A stretch of 60,233 bases of DNA from positions 682,001-742,233 of the forward strand of contig BCKZ01000002.1 of assembly GCA_001600815.1 (NCBI GenBank), written 5' to 3'. Both the position numbers and the translations under genes were made by a program. Of the stretch, positions 25,779 through 37,610 are shown piece by piece. This stretch comes from Alloascoidea hylecoeti (lineage: Eukaryota). A model generated the notes under the pieces. That model did no database searches. It saw only the letters and a program-made list of their open reading frames with translations, and was not told the DNA's origin. The number at the start of each line of letters is the position of its first letter. The first letter of the stretch is position 1.

Positions 25779-27437
25779 CTACATATCCTCTGCTATAATT
25801 TCCTCTGTAGTAATTTTTCTAACTTTAGTCTCTTCATTTCTATTCCGATAAATGATAAAAGAAACAAAAAATACTGAAAATAAAGCTAATCCACTCGTAC
25901 CTCCAAATAAATTAAAAACATTATTATAACATTTATTACCCTGTTTACAAACCATTTCATTTAAATCATTATCGAAGCTTGAATTCTTATCATAATTAAA
26001 GCCAAACACTTTTGAAAATATAAATGTTGTAATGATTGGCCCACCAACAGATAACCCCCAGTTTTTTGTAAAGTGTGTAGCACCAAACTTTTCAAAGATT
26101 ACAGTTGGATAAACAGAAAAACAAATACCATAATGAAAACCTAATAAACAACTTGATATTGCTAAATTGTTAATATTACTGGTTAATGTTGTTGAATTTA
26201 AACTTAATTGAAAATGAACTAAAAAGCCCATTAAGGCAGAAAATAAAATTAGCCATAATCTTTGACATTTTAATTTATTTAAGAAATCAGATATGAAACC
26301 AGATAAAAATCTTGCGAAGAAACTCGATAAGGAAATTAATGAAACCTGTAATGCTTGATAATATTGAATTTTCGTTTTCAAGTCACCGATAGTAATTAAA
26401 GTAGAATCATAAAATTCATAAATTACTAAAGCTTTAACAATGTAACCAACTGAATAAATATACATTTGTGTTATACCAGCTAATATAGCAACGATTAAAA
26501 AATGAGTTAAGAATTTTGAATCCATAAGTAAAGAGATTCCATATCTAGGGTACTCTTCCTCATTATCAATATCATTAAATGTAGGAGGTAATTCTGTTAT
26601 AGTTGTTTCAAATAGTTGACCGGTAGCAACATAATTATCTGTCGTCGAAGAAGATATTAGGGGTTTTTGTTCAATTAATGAATTTTTTTTAATTATACCC
26701 ATATTCATCGATAGTCTTCTTAATGAATGCAAACTGAACATACTGGATGATTTCTTTTGAAATAAGTCAGAATCGGGCATATCATAATTAACATCATTCC
26801 CTTGTATATGACTAGTTAAAGACCCAAAAGTTGTTTCAAGATCGTTTATTTTGTTTAATTGTTGAACATTATTAACGTAAATTATACCAATCAAATTTAT
26901 TATAGCACAACTTATTGCTAAAAATAATAAAAAATCTTTTGTATTATTATTAAAATAAGTAACTGATATAGAACTAACAATTAGGCCACTTAAACCATAG
27001 GCAGCAACTGGTATTGAATTTGCAGTTCCTTTATTATTTGGAAAGTTCAGTGAAGTTACTTTCAAAACACAATAATATGAACAAACACTACCGAATCCAA
27101 TTAAGATCATTGAAATTCCAAACAGTAAAAAGATGGGTAAATTTAAGATCCACAAAAAATATAACAATGTGTACCCAGCAGTTAAGGTAACACCTCCTAT
27201 TAAAATCGGTATTTTCGGTGAAGAGTGTGAATCTGTTATAATTCCCGCAAAGTAGCCCAATATACCGGATCCGAAAGTACAACACAGTCCAGCAATGGAC
27301 GATTGCGTGGCCGAAAAGCCTAGTCTGGAGGCTATTTGAGGCGCGTAGCCCGAATATAAGTATTGAGTGCCTCCGGCCAGAGCTACAAGAACCGACGCCA
27401 ACAAAGAATTGTATCTCAGCGAAACTTTGGAGACCAT
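25779..27437 (-). CDS. MCH1: MFS transporter, Mch1/nodulin-like family
   Basis: ALAGGTQYLYSGYAPQ, NFPNNKGTANSIPVAAYGLS, QMYIYSVG, QVSLISL.SF.ARFLSGFISD, FGATHFTKNWG, C..G..CY; about 12 hydrophobic segments. Confidence 0.75.
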   Translation of the reverse strand: MVSKVSLRYNSLLASVLVALAGGTQYLYSGYAPQIASRLGFSATQSSIAGLCCTFGSGILGYFAGIITDSHSSPKIPILIGGVTLTAGYTLLYFLWILNLPIFLLFGISMILIGFGSVCSYYCVLKVTSLNFPNNKGTANSIPVAAYGLSGLIVSSISVTYFNNNTKDFLLFLAISCAIINLIGIIYVNNVQQLNKINDLETTFGSLTSHIQGNDVNYDMPDSDLFQKKSSSMFSLHSLRRLSMNMGIIKKNSLIEQKPLISSSTTDNYVATGQLFETTITELPPTFNDIDNEEEYPRYGISLLMDSKFLTHFLIVAILAGITQMYIYSVGYIVKALVIYEFYDSTLITIGDLKTKIQYYQALQVSLISLSSFFARFLSGFISDFLNKLKCQRLWLILFSALMGFLVHFQLSLNSTTLTSNINNLAISSCLLGFHYGICFSVYPTVIFEKFGATHFTKNWGLSVGGPIITTFIFSKVFGFNYDKNSSFDNDLNEMVCKQGNKCYNNVFNLFGGTSGLALFSVFFVSFIIYRNRNEETKVRKITTEEIIAEDM

Positions 27438-27506
27438 TAATGCTGAGAAGAAGAAAAAGAAGAGACAAAGAAAGAAAATGCGGTTCTTATCTTATCTTTT
27501 ATACCT

Positions 27507-27551
27507 GGGAATTCCCGGGCACGTGATCCATGTCGTACGACGCTCACGTGC
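27507..27551. promoter_or_regulatory. Bidirectional promoter with paired E-boxes (TCACGTG)
   Basis: GCACGTGA (27519..27526) and TCACGTGC (27544..27551) in inverted orientation, plus the palindrome GGGAATTCCC, within the 174-bp gap between divergent MCH1 and ATG13. Confidence 0.45.
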
Positions 27552-27611
27552 AGCCAGCGCTACAAATATGTCCCTGGCATTTCTAGGTTTCTAATATTTA
27601 TAGAGATAATT

Positions 27612-29288
27612 ATGACCACCAAAACCAAATCCCCTAATATTTTTTCTACATTTTTCATCTCTGCTGCTGAGATAATCATAAACTCCAGAGACCCCTCTTC
27701 TACTGCCGCAAATATTGGGGGCGGTGCCATTTCTTGGCTTGCTACAACACAAAAGGATCAACGCTCCATTTCAAATTTCATATTACCCCCTTTAGTACTG
27801 GAAACCTATTTAGACATTCATCTGCTTCATAACCAAATTGATAAATGTCTAGTTTTGGTTGATGAACACAACCCTGAATCACTCCATAAGGTGCCCTCCT
27901 CTCCAACGAAAAAAGAGATTATTTTGGAAAGGTGGCTTGTAAATATTGATTATTCAAATTTTGATATTGATTTTATGGAAAATAATACCGACATTAATAA
28001 AAACGATTACACTTCGACTATTGAAGAAAAATTAAACAATTATTTATTGAAGTTACTTTATGATAATTGTAATGATTCTCATTTATTTCCAATTAGCAAA
28101 CTACAACAAAATTTAAATGTTTATGAAAATGATTTATTAAAATTAAGTATGCGAATTCTTGATCCTTCACTACCTATTTCCTCTCGTGGCAAAATTGGTC
28201 TTTCAAAACCAATAGTTAATAATAATAAAAATCATTTAACAACTTTTCATTTTAATTCTTTAAGCACAAAATTTGGTGAATTTCATATTGATGTTAGTTA
28301 CAGAAATAATTGTGATTTTAAATTACTAAAACAAAAATTACCAAACATAAATTCAACATTAAATATAAATATTAATAATGACTTGACATCAAATAACAGG
28401 AGTTCAGTTTATTATGATTGCGATGATGAAAATGATGAAAATGATGAGAATAAACTTAAAAATAATAGCATATTTCGGGATCGTAATTTTAACGCACGTG
28501 ATATACCCAGATCATCATCAATAATCAATTTACAGCTACAACCTTTTAAAGAATCAGTTGTTACTTCAACATTGAAAAATGATGATACTGATCGTAATAC
28601 TCTGTTAAAGTCTTATATGACTTTAATTTCAATTACAAACAAAAACAATAGTACAATAAGTAGTGAGAAAAAATATTCATCATCGTTTCCAAGAATTAAA
28701 TATAGATCAACTGAAGAAAAACAAAAATCAATTAGTTTTTTGAAAACTTATAAAAATGATGATAATTATAATTATGAAAATGAATCAAATAAAAACATAA
28801 ATAATTTGATTGAAATGATTGATGATTTCCAATTTAAAAAAAATATATTAAAGTTCAATAATCAAAACATAAATAATGAAGAGAGTAATGATGCTTTAAC
28901 CAAATTACAAAAGTTTTCAGAATTACAAGATGATTATGATGAATTTTGTTCAAAATTTAAAAACTCCTCATCGACCACAACAAAATTAGAGTTGAAATCA
29001 AAAGACAAAAATAATGGCACATGTACAAACAACAAATCAATTCCAATTGAAGGAGATGAAAAAACTTGTAAACACACTTCTAATGAATCAAAAACTAAAA
29101 CAAATAACGATAATGACAGGGATAAGGACAATGAAAGTACTGCTTCAAGTAACATTGACGACGATAACGATGAGATACCATTTCATCTTCATTTAAAAGC
29201 ATTAGAAATCCTAAAACCCCCGAAACCTTCCGATATTGCTTTGAATTTTGATTATGAAGACTTATGGCCGTGGGGGTGGGAAGAATGA
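27612..29288 (+). CDS. ATG13: Autophagy protein Atg13 (N-terminal HORMA domain, disordered tail)
   Basis: FFISAAEIIINSR, PPLVLETYLD, EIILERWLV, RILD...SSRGKIGLSKPI and VSYRNNCDF match the Atg13 HORMA pattern. Confidence 0.75.
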   Translation: MTTKTKSPNIFSTFFISAAEIIINSRDPSSTAANIGGGAISWLATTQKDQRSISNFILPPLVLETYLDIHLLHNQIDKCLVLVDEHNPESLHKVPSSPTKKEIILERWLVNIDYSNFDIDFMENNTDINKNDYTSTIEEKLNNYLLKLLYDNCNDSHLFPISKLQQNLNVYENDLLKLSMRILDPSLPISSRGKIGLSKPIVNNNKNHLTTFHFNSLSTKFGEFHIDVSYRNNCDFKLLKQKLPNINSTLNININNDLTSNNRSSVYYDCDDENDENDENKLKNNSIFRDRNFNARDIPRSSSIINLQLQPFKESVVTSTLKNDDTDRNTLLKSYMTLISITNKNNSTISSEKKYSSSFPRIKYRSTEEKQKSISFLKTYKNDDNYNYENESNKNINNLIEMIDDFQFKKNILKFNNQNINNEESNDALTKLQKFSELQDDYDEFCSKFKNSSSTTTKLELKSKDKNNGTCTNNKSIPIEGDEKTCKHTSNESKTKTNNDNDRDKDNESTASSNIDDDNDEIPFHLHLKALEILKPPKPSDIALNFDYEDLWPWGWEE

Positions 29289-29499
29289 ATAATAATGAAA
29301 ATATCGTTTATTTATAATTAAAATTCAATAATGTGCCGGTATATATTAAATAATGCTAGCTATGATTAGACATTACATCGTTGAATACATATAATTATGG
29401 AATTATATGAGATACATAGGGTAAGTTTCGTAACAACCGCAAGCCCCGTTCCAATCGCGAGTTCAGAAATCAATCTTGAAAATTTTATGCACCGTAAAA

Positions 29500-30560
29500 G
29501 TTAACTTTTTAAAATACCCAATTCTTTACCAGATTGGCGTATAGTAAAAAAAAAGAACCCCAGAATCTGAGAAAGGTTCGAGCTTTAGGAGACACCATTC
29601 TACGCGCTCGGCTATTTCCTATAAAGAAAACTGAAGGGTCGCAAAAAATTATGGCCGGGGAGTGAGCGAAAGTATACTGTGAAGCCGAATCAATGGAACT
29701 GTTTTTAAAGATATCACCAGCCAGTTGAAAAAAAAAGCTTACTGTTCTGGAGGAGACCGAAATTCCAGGAAATATTGAAGAAATGGGAGAGTTTGACTGC
29801 ATCCCAGATAGACAACAATTTTTCGTGTCCTAGATGAGTATATCGAGATGCATACTTTAACCAAGCCCAATTTAACAGAGGTTTCAAAAAATCCACGGAC
29901 GGATATTATATGGATCGGATGGATGGTTCTATGCCTTCAAGAAGGTTTCTCGATACAGCAAGTGAAGGTAGCTTTCAAAAAGTTTTAATGGAGAAATTTT
30001 ATGTCGCCCTGGTCAGAAATCGCAGAAAGCTGACTTCTTGGAACTGTATGATAAGGGCCGAAGCCAGATATTGACCCCAAGAAATACTTACTGGTTCCGA
30101 AAAATAAGGTAAATCACCTAGAAAAAGTCTTAAATAAGTACAGAGATAGAAAAACAGAACTAACCGTTTGAATTCTTCAATTGCATACAATGTGCTCGCT
30201 AAAGAGGATGAAAATCAAATATGAAGTGGCTGGCTGATTTCATGAAAGAATATTCGATTGCAGATGAGAAGGCTGTTATTGCACATGCTTAATATTTGCT
30301 TATAAATCCGATCCTATGGGCGTTAATTTATAAATGTGCCAGGACCACCCAAATCATTCAATCCACTGGAAAACTTGAATGAATCATCTTCTAGAGCTAA
30401 TTCAGGTATTATGAGAGGACTTTCCAAGATTGTACCTGTTCTTAACAATGATTATGTCCTGGAAATAGTGAATTATGTGTATGCACTTGTGATCGAATCT
30501 TACCCTATTATGTAAGTTACCCTGATTGTGACATATTACAATCATAATGTTGGTTTGCTT
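29500..30560 (+). pseudogene. Decayed coding-like sequence of unknown origin (possibly retroelement gag or plasmid/virus-derived)
   Basis: GC-richer stretch with protein-like segments broken by stops and frameshifts, e.g. EMGEFDCIPDRQQF/FRVLDEYIEMHTLTKPNL...DIIWIGWMVLCLQEG and PDIDPKKYLLVPKNKVNHLEKVL. Confidence 0.35.
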
Positions 30561-31107
30561 GGCCTTTATCCTGCGCATTATTCGAAGGTGAAATCATATA
30601 TCAGTTGTAAAGATGATTCCAGCCATGTTTGATATACTTTTTAACAAGCCGATTTGTTTGACTACTTTAAACTTTAAGCATATAAGTTTCAAAATCGTTT
30701 TTTCCAATTGGTGTCAAGTTAATATGTGAGGGAATATTTCAGAAATCAAATGAATTATTCACTTAAGACTATTAATCAAATGATAGCGTAAAATAAAGAT
30801 AGAAAACTCGATTTATTAAAAATAAGTCTGTTAACCAATTCTTAAATTCAAACATCAATTTATTTCCCTTTATAAAAGGTGTTGTTAAGTCTTAAGTGTT
30901 CAAAAGTAAATCATCATTAATATACATTTTAGATCGTTTGATAATTTCAGTTGAGGGTCAACATTGAAAAATTGCAGGAAACAAAGCTGTTGGAGTTAAA
31001 TGTCAGGAATTATATTTGTATATTTAAATATAAAAAGTAGAACTATTTATAGAACAAATATAGCAAAACTCAGAATATATTAACATTAGATCGATGAGAG
31101 AAATAAC

Positions 31108-31146
<39 letters not shown>
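31108..31146. repeat. (AAT)13 microsatellite
   Basis: Perfect trinucleotide run, read directly. Confidence 0.95.
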
Positions 31147-31150
<4 letters not shown>

Positions 31151-31199
31151 TAGATAATACATCAAACTAAAATAATAATTTTAAACTAGCTTTCTTGAT

Positions 31200-31890
31200 G
31201 TACTGCCGGGTACGGTTTTGACTCTTATTTAGACAAACTCCCCATCTATTTAAATATATGTAGAATGTCGTTACAAGATCCGGATCAGAAAAATATATGC
31301 TCGACGAAATTCTGGCTATGCATTTGAACCTCAAAATATTCATAACATAAGGAAGTATGTGTTTGTAAGTCTTATGGTATGGACAGGAATTTGGAAAGGA
31401 GGTAGAACTAAACAACTAAACTGGTGATCCTAATAGTACGAAAAGGAGCCACCACACGTTCCTAGTAACTTCTTACATAAGACCTATTGAAGAGGCCTTT
31501 GGTGAGATTCCTGAGGGTCTGGTATTCATGCAGGATAACTCGTCTCGTCTTCGTCTACTTATAAATACCCATAAAACTGGAATCGAGATGAATTTGTTTG
31601 ATGAGAAGGCCTTATTCACCGAACCTGAAATCAATTGAGCCCATAAGGAATCTCCTCAGAAAGTTGCATTATAACGCAGGGATTACGATGATGAACCTTC
31701 TACATAGTGTAGAAGTGAAGAAATAACTAACGTTTAATTATGTCTCGTTCAAAATATCAGGGTCTCAATTATGGATCATTAATGATAATCTTATATACGT
31801 AGAGTGGCAGCCGTTTATTAAGGGCGCTACCGCTAAATACTATATTTAAACTATGTATTATTTTTTAATTTGTGCAATAGAACCTCTAGT
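31200..31890 (+). mobile_element. Degenerate Tc1-type (DD34E) transposase relic
   Basis: SLMVWTGIWKGGR (MVW at 31374), LVFMQDN (31525..), PYSPNLKSIEP (31610..) and a terminal AV..KGATAKY-like piece. The D-to-E distance of 103 nt is close to the 105 nt expected for DD34E. Boundaries are approximate. Confidence 0.75.
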
Positions 31891-32522
31891 ATCTGCGGAA
31901 CAATATGGACTATTTTAAGAATAGTTTAAGGCCTTGTAGATTATTCAGTGGCTGGCTATAACCTTGGCACATTTTTGAAGAAGTGGTATTGAAAAAGCTT
32001 AGCCTCTAGCATGCACCCGGATGTAAAACTATTCCGGTAAATTTTCTCGGTCTAAAATATTTAAGTTTATAATTATATCTTAATTAAGCTTGCTATCTTT
32101 GCAATTTGTCATATTGCAATTATCTTATATACAATTTCTTCATTTATTTGGCGCGTAGTGATACTTCAATTTGGATGTGTATTATACGATTATCTGTTCT
32201 TTAAAAATAGATTGGGGTGAGGTTCTTGAGAATCCTGAGGTCTAGAAAAAATCAAACATCTTTAATAGAATTATAATATGAAATAATCTAGATATGTCAT
32301 AGAGAAGATAAAAATAAATCTAGATAGTCATGGTCACAATAGCTATAGTTTAGTTTAATTAATCATTTTTATAAGAACATTATCACTTTACTTTGTTTAC
32401 ATTTACTAGCTCCAAGAATCAACATGAGCTCTAATATTAAAGGAAGTGATGAATCCTTATTGAGAAAAATGATGGATATGCTTCTATCTGATAAAGATAT
32501 TGTCCCTTATAATGTTTATTCA

Positions 32523-33713
32523 TTAATTAACTTGACTCAATAATTTTTCTCCATCGAAAAATAATTGTAGATTCTTCATACCAAATTTAACCCCATCTCT
32601 ATAATTTTCAACCGTAGCTGAACCAATATGTGGTAATAGTGTGACATCCCACCGATTTAGCAGTTCTTCATTAATATTCAATTCATTTTCAAAAACGTCT
32701 AATCCAACCGATGAAATATGACCAGATTTTAAAGAATTTAATAAGTCAGTTTCATTTATTGTATTTCCTCTTCCAACATTTACAATTCTTGAACCCTTTG
32801 GTAATAATTCTAAAGTTTTGGAATTCAATATATGATAAGTCTTTTTAGTTATTGGTAAGCACATTACCAATAAATCTGCAACTTTTAATAAGTCTTCAAA
32901 ATTTGAATGATAGACTATATTTCTAACACCTTGGAGTGATAATTCCTCCAATTCAATTTTAGTTAATGGTTTTGTTTTATGATAATGTATATCCATACCC
33001 AATGCTGAAAATCTTCTTGCAATACATTTACCAATTTTACCCAAACCAACAATACAGCAATTTTTATTAAATGGCCCATGGATTGGCTTATTCCCAACTG
33101 AACAACCAAAACTATATGTATTTATATCACCAAATTTTGTAAGTTTTCCTTTTGAATTCTCATTTGTTCCATTTGATAATAGAGACCTTGTATGTTTTAC
33201 ATTACCATTACCTTTATCGTTACTTTTTAAAATGTCTTCAAAATAATTGAAATGTCGAAATGTCGTCAATCCTAAGTATAAAGCAGTGTCTGCTACTTGC
33301 TCTTCCATACCACCAAACCCACTGGGCAAGTTACAATATATGATATTCTTCTTCTTTAAATAGTCAACATCAATAAATTCATGGCCAACACAATTCATTA
33401 CAACGATTTTAATGGTGTCAGGAAATAAATCAATTATTTCTTGATTTATGGGATATGCTTTATCAAACCCTACCCCCCAACAAAACAACCCATCGATTCC
33501 ATAAAAAGGATTTGTGTCTGATGGTAATAATAAATCATTGATTAATTGTTCCCTAGTATGTTTCTTTAATGGAGGATCATAATATGAGAGGTCAAATGAT
33601 GAACCATGCCTTTTGAGTAATGATGGGAAGGGTTCTGGATGATCATGGTGTCCAACAACCAAGATAGCAGGTTTTTTTACCCCATGTCCATTGTCATATT
33701 GTGCAGCTGTCAT
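32523..33713 (-). CDS. D-isomer-specific 2-hydroxyacid dehydrogenase (glyoxylate reductase-like, YGL185C/YPL113C-type)
   Basis: IVGLGKIG Rossmann motif, IVNVGRG, GLDVFENE, LLPHIGSAT, VADTALYL. First ATG is at 33713. Confidence 0.85.
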   Translation of the reverse strand: MTAAQYDNGHGVKKPAILVVGHHDHPEPFPSLLKRHGSSFDLSYYDPPLKKHTREQLINDLLLPSDTNPFYGIDGLFCWGVGFDKAYPINQEIIDLFPDTIKIVVMNCVGHEFIDVDYLKKKNIIYCNLPSGFGGMEEQVADTALYLGLTTFRHFNYFEDILKSNDKGNGNVKHTRSLLSNGTNENSKGKLTKFGDINTYSFGCSVGNKPIHGPFNKNCCIVGLGKIGKCIARRFSALGMDIHYHKTKPLTKIELEELSLQGVRNIVYHSNFEDLLKVADLLVMCLPITKKTYHILNSKTLELLPKGSRIVNVGRGNTINETDLLNSLKSGHISSVGLDVFENELNINEELLNRWDVTLLPHIGSATVENYRDGVKFGMKNLQLFFDGEKLLSQVN

Positions 33714-34347
33714 GATATAAGCTATAGTCTTATACTGTCTATGATTATTTAACTGTGAAAGACTCAAATATTTCAATTAATATTGTTATAGGCTTGAGTA
33801 GTAATTATTTGTAGGTGAAACGCGTTATTATATAATAATTTAGAATACGGCTAATAATGGTTCAATTTATGATTATTTCCTCCCCGGAAAATGGTTAACG
33901 TTCTGGACTTTTCCGTAGAATACAATAAGAATTCGAAGATCTTGTCGATACTCCAAGAAACGTGGATAAGTGGATCCATCAGGGACTATATAAATCGGGC
34001 CAGCCGATAATACATGCAAAAGTTAAACGGCTGCGGGCCACCCGATAAGATAACACTTTGGCAGTTTCAAGCTTAAAGCATGCAATTGCCTTTACTCTCT
34101 GGAATTTCAGAGTTTTCAATCGTTATTTATTGTTATTTGAAGCCTTCTAATAGTATTAAAGCCTTTCATGTGTGGCTTCGGTTTCTGATAACTTGAAAGT
34201 AATTGCTCCGTAGAAAATACGAGTAAGTCATTAGTCAGCAAAATAGAGGCACACACGTGATAATAAGAATTCTTGCTTACGTCATTTTTGAATTGTGGAT
34301 TTGAAAAATCAAAGGAAACCCAATCCAGAATTTTACATCAACAGCCA

Positions 34348-35646
34348 ATGATAATGATACCCTATTCGAGGGCTATATGCCCCAAACTACTAGATAGGAG
34401 GATATTGGGATGTTTTTCTGCTGACTTTCTCAGGATGTACGGAAATCGTTCGTTTAGTATAAACTTCACGGTGTCGGCTCCAAATGATGGAATAAAACCA
34501 AACTCGCAGTTGCAGAGACTTGGACTGGGGACTAATTTTCAATTAAACCATATTCGGAAAGATGAAATTAATAAAGAAATGTCAGTTGATCTTTTAAATC
34601 ACCCCAACTCATTACCGTCACCTAGACCAAATGCAGATACGACAAATGTCAAGGGTATAAAAAAACTATGGAGGATTGCAAAATCATATTTATTGTTTTA
34701 TAAAAATGGAATAGTATTTGTTTGGAAAAATTGGAGACAATCAAAAGTGTTATTACAAAAATATGGATTTAAGTCAATAAATGAATTAACTGACAAAACT
34801 TTACAATCTACCACCACGAATGTTACAGATGAAAAGCCATGTATTTCCCGAAGTGAATATCAACTGTTACTAAGAACAAGACAGGATATTGTCAAACTAC
34901 CTGTTTTTGGCTTGATATTCTTTGTGTTTGAAGAATTGACTGTATTTGTTGCAATTTTAGCTCCTAGTCTCGTTCCTTCTACCTGTTGGCTTCCTAGAAT
35001 GCAAAATAAAGCATTTAATAAATATAAAAACAATTTTGAAAAATTAGTACAATTAAAAAGAGAAAAATACACCAACCAAGGAGAAACAGGGAACCTTGAT
35101 ATTATTGCCAAAGAATCTATAACAGATTTATCAAAATCTGAATTAATTCATCTTATTAAGATACTAGACTTGAAAAATCATTTGAATCCAATACCTTTGT
35201 TCAGTTGGTCACGAACACCCTTAGAAAAAAAGATCAAAAACTGGCAAAAAGAGATTCAATTAGATAATTATTTGATTGGTACATGTGGTGGTGCTTGGAA
35301 CCTAAATAAAGATGAATTAATTCTTGCCTGTCGACTGAGAGGGATCAATATATTCAAGAGTTCACCGAGAGAACAAGAAAATGACTCTCAGTTTCTTCCA
35401 TTAGATATATTAAGAATGAAACTATTATTATATATTTCAAATACAAAACCTAATGGTCAATTTGATATTGGCTGCATAGGAACAGATTCTTTGGATTTTG
35501 TCAATCGTGAAGATGCTCAATTTAGAAAACAAAACAATAACAATCTATTACTGGATAAATTTGGAAGTAGATTAACTGAAAAGGAAGTTGTTGAATTGAT
35601 TGAATCAAGTGATTCTCAAGAGCTGAAGAAAGATGAAAAATCATAA
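34348..35646 (+). CDS. Mitochondrial LETM1-like domain protein
   Basis: YLLFYKNGI, ISRSEYQLLLRTRQDIVKLPVFGLIFFVFEELT..PSTC, LNKDELILACRLRG, and an Arg-rich presequence-like N-terminus. The start codon is uncertain. Confidence 0.65.
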   Translation: MIMIPYSRAICPKLLDRRILGCFSADFLRMYGNRSFSINFTVSAPNDGIKPNSQLQRLGLGTNFQLNHIRKDEINKEMSVDLLNHPNSLPSPRPNADTTNVKGIKKLWRIAKSYLLFYKNGIVFVWKNWRQSKVLLQKYGFKSINELTDKTLQSTTTNVTDEKPCISRSEYQLLLRTRQDIVKLPVFGLIFFVFEELTVFVAILAPSLVPSTCWLPRMQNKAFNKYKNNFEKLVQLKREKYTNQGETGNLDIIAKESITDLSKSELIHLIKILDLKNHLNPIPLFSWSRTPLEKKIKNWQKEIQLDNYLIGTCGGAWNLNKDELILACRLRGINIFKSSPREQENDSQFLPLDILRMKLLLYISNTKPNGQFDIGCIGTDSLDFVNREDAQFRKQNNNNLLLDKFGSRLTEKEVVELIESSDSQELKKDEKS

Positions 35647-37610
35647 TAAAATTGTATAAATAATTCATGTCATTAATTAAAATAAAACTTCATATATCGT
35701 TAAAACATCTAAAATTCTTTCAAGACATTGAATTTAATTTTGTTACCATTCTATATGAGAATTATGTATTGATTAAAAATCATCGACAGTTATCATATGG
35801 AAGAATAGTTTGTTCCATATAAGATCTAGATCTTATATGATCCGAATATTTTAACATCATGGAGCCGGAAATAATATTTACGTCGGATATATTAATATTA
35901 ATTGATATTAGGTTACCATTTACCACAGGGTCTTGTACAATTGTGTTATAGATATAATATGATCATGTTAAGAACAATATATAAAGGGGTATAACCTTAA
36001 GTTATATTCTCTTTAATTGTACATTGTTCTATATTATTACATCATATTTGTAACAGAAGTTGACTCAATAATAAAATTCTCTTAAGTATCCTTTAATTTT
36101 TATATTTGCTCGTATTTGCAAAACTGATACTTCTAGAATGTTTATTATAGAATCAAAGAAGGTTTTAGCACTGACCGTTGAAACAAAAGTATCTATTATG
36201 ATTATAAATCTCCTCTTTATGTAACTTTAAAAATGTTGCTTAATGCCTAGGGACATTGGAGTTGAGTTGTTTTTGCTCCTTTCAGTAACATATTTCCCGT
36301 TTGTACGGACATTGAGTCACCTTAATTCAGGGTATACCTTATTTTGACGTTTACATTTTGCAATTGAATTACAAATACTTATATTTCTTTTCGTTATAAT
36401 TGATATTATTTTTTTTAAATATTGTGACAATCTTTTGCTTATGTTTAAGTATGGAAAAAATCATTTATAATCGACCACTATTTAATTATTAGTTTTAATG
36501 GATTATTAATATTATATATGATTATATATTTAACTATTACACCATAACAATTGCGATTTAGTTTAAATTTCATTTAGGGTTTTATACCAAAGTCAATTTA
36601 AATTTAATTCACTGATATATATATATATATCGTTTCTTTTTAACGATGTATCTTCTTCTAGAACTTTCAGAGGTTGAATCTATATTATCGTTAGTAGCTT
36701 GTTACCAACGTACCAAGCTTAAAGAATATAGCAAGTAATAATACCCATCAAAAAGTTAAGCAACATGTAAGCTTTAAAACATATATCATTAGTTAATTTG
36801 GGAATCTTAATATATAATTTTTTCAGTAATAGAAATCGATATGTTTTAAATCTATATTCTTTTAATAATATTGTAAATATGAAATTTGTGATATATAATT
36901 TATTCATTAAAAATTTATAAATATGTGTTAGGTAATATACTATAGTACTACATAGTAGGTAGGAATAATGAACTGGCTGGTTATTAATTGTAATATTACC
37001 TAAATCTTTTGGAATAATATTTGGATTACCAAGATCAGTACTTTTAGGACCAATGATTATGTTTTTTGAAATAGCTTGAAATTCTAATTCTGTTTTGATA
37101 TCCGAAATCATATAATAACTTAGTATTTTGTGGATGTTCCTTCGTGGCTTCTATATGATTACATCTAGTCTTTCGTTTACCTATACCCCTTACTTGGCGA
37201 CAAGATAATATTAATGTTATGAATAAAATTGGTTTAGTTTTTACTTGGTTTGGTTCTGTTTAATTTCGTTTTCTCTACGAAGAGCTTTATAGAATTTATA
37301 ATTAGTTAAATCGTTATCATTATCATTACTGTCATTATAATTATAAACATAATTCGAATTCTTGTAATCTGTCTACCTAATAATCTTAAAGTTGTTAAAA
37401 AAGCACTGAAACATTCATGAAATATAAAATTGAATATGATACTATGAATCGATATGGGTGGAAAGAATTAAGTACATTCAAAATCTTGAAGTAATATTAA
37501 TTATTGTTTTTAAACTCTCGAAACCAAAACAATTTGAATAATTAAATTTAAAAGGTACCAGGGGGGAAGGGTAATTATCAATATTTTCAATATCTAATGG
37601 CTAATCACCA

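Noticed and set aside
32440..32495. GTGATGA...CTGA, resembling snoRNA C and D boxes
   Set aside because: Only about 46 nt in span, with no terminal stem or recognisable guide.
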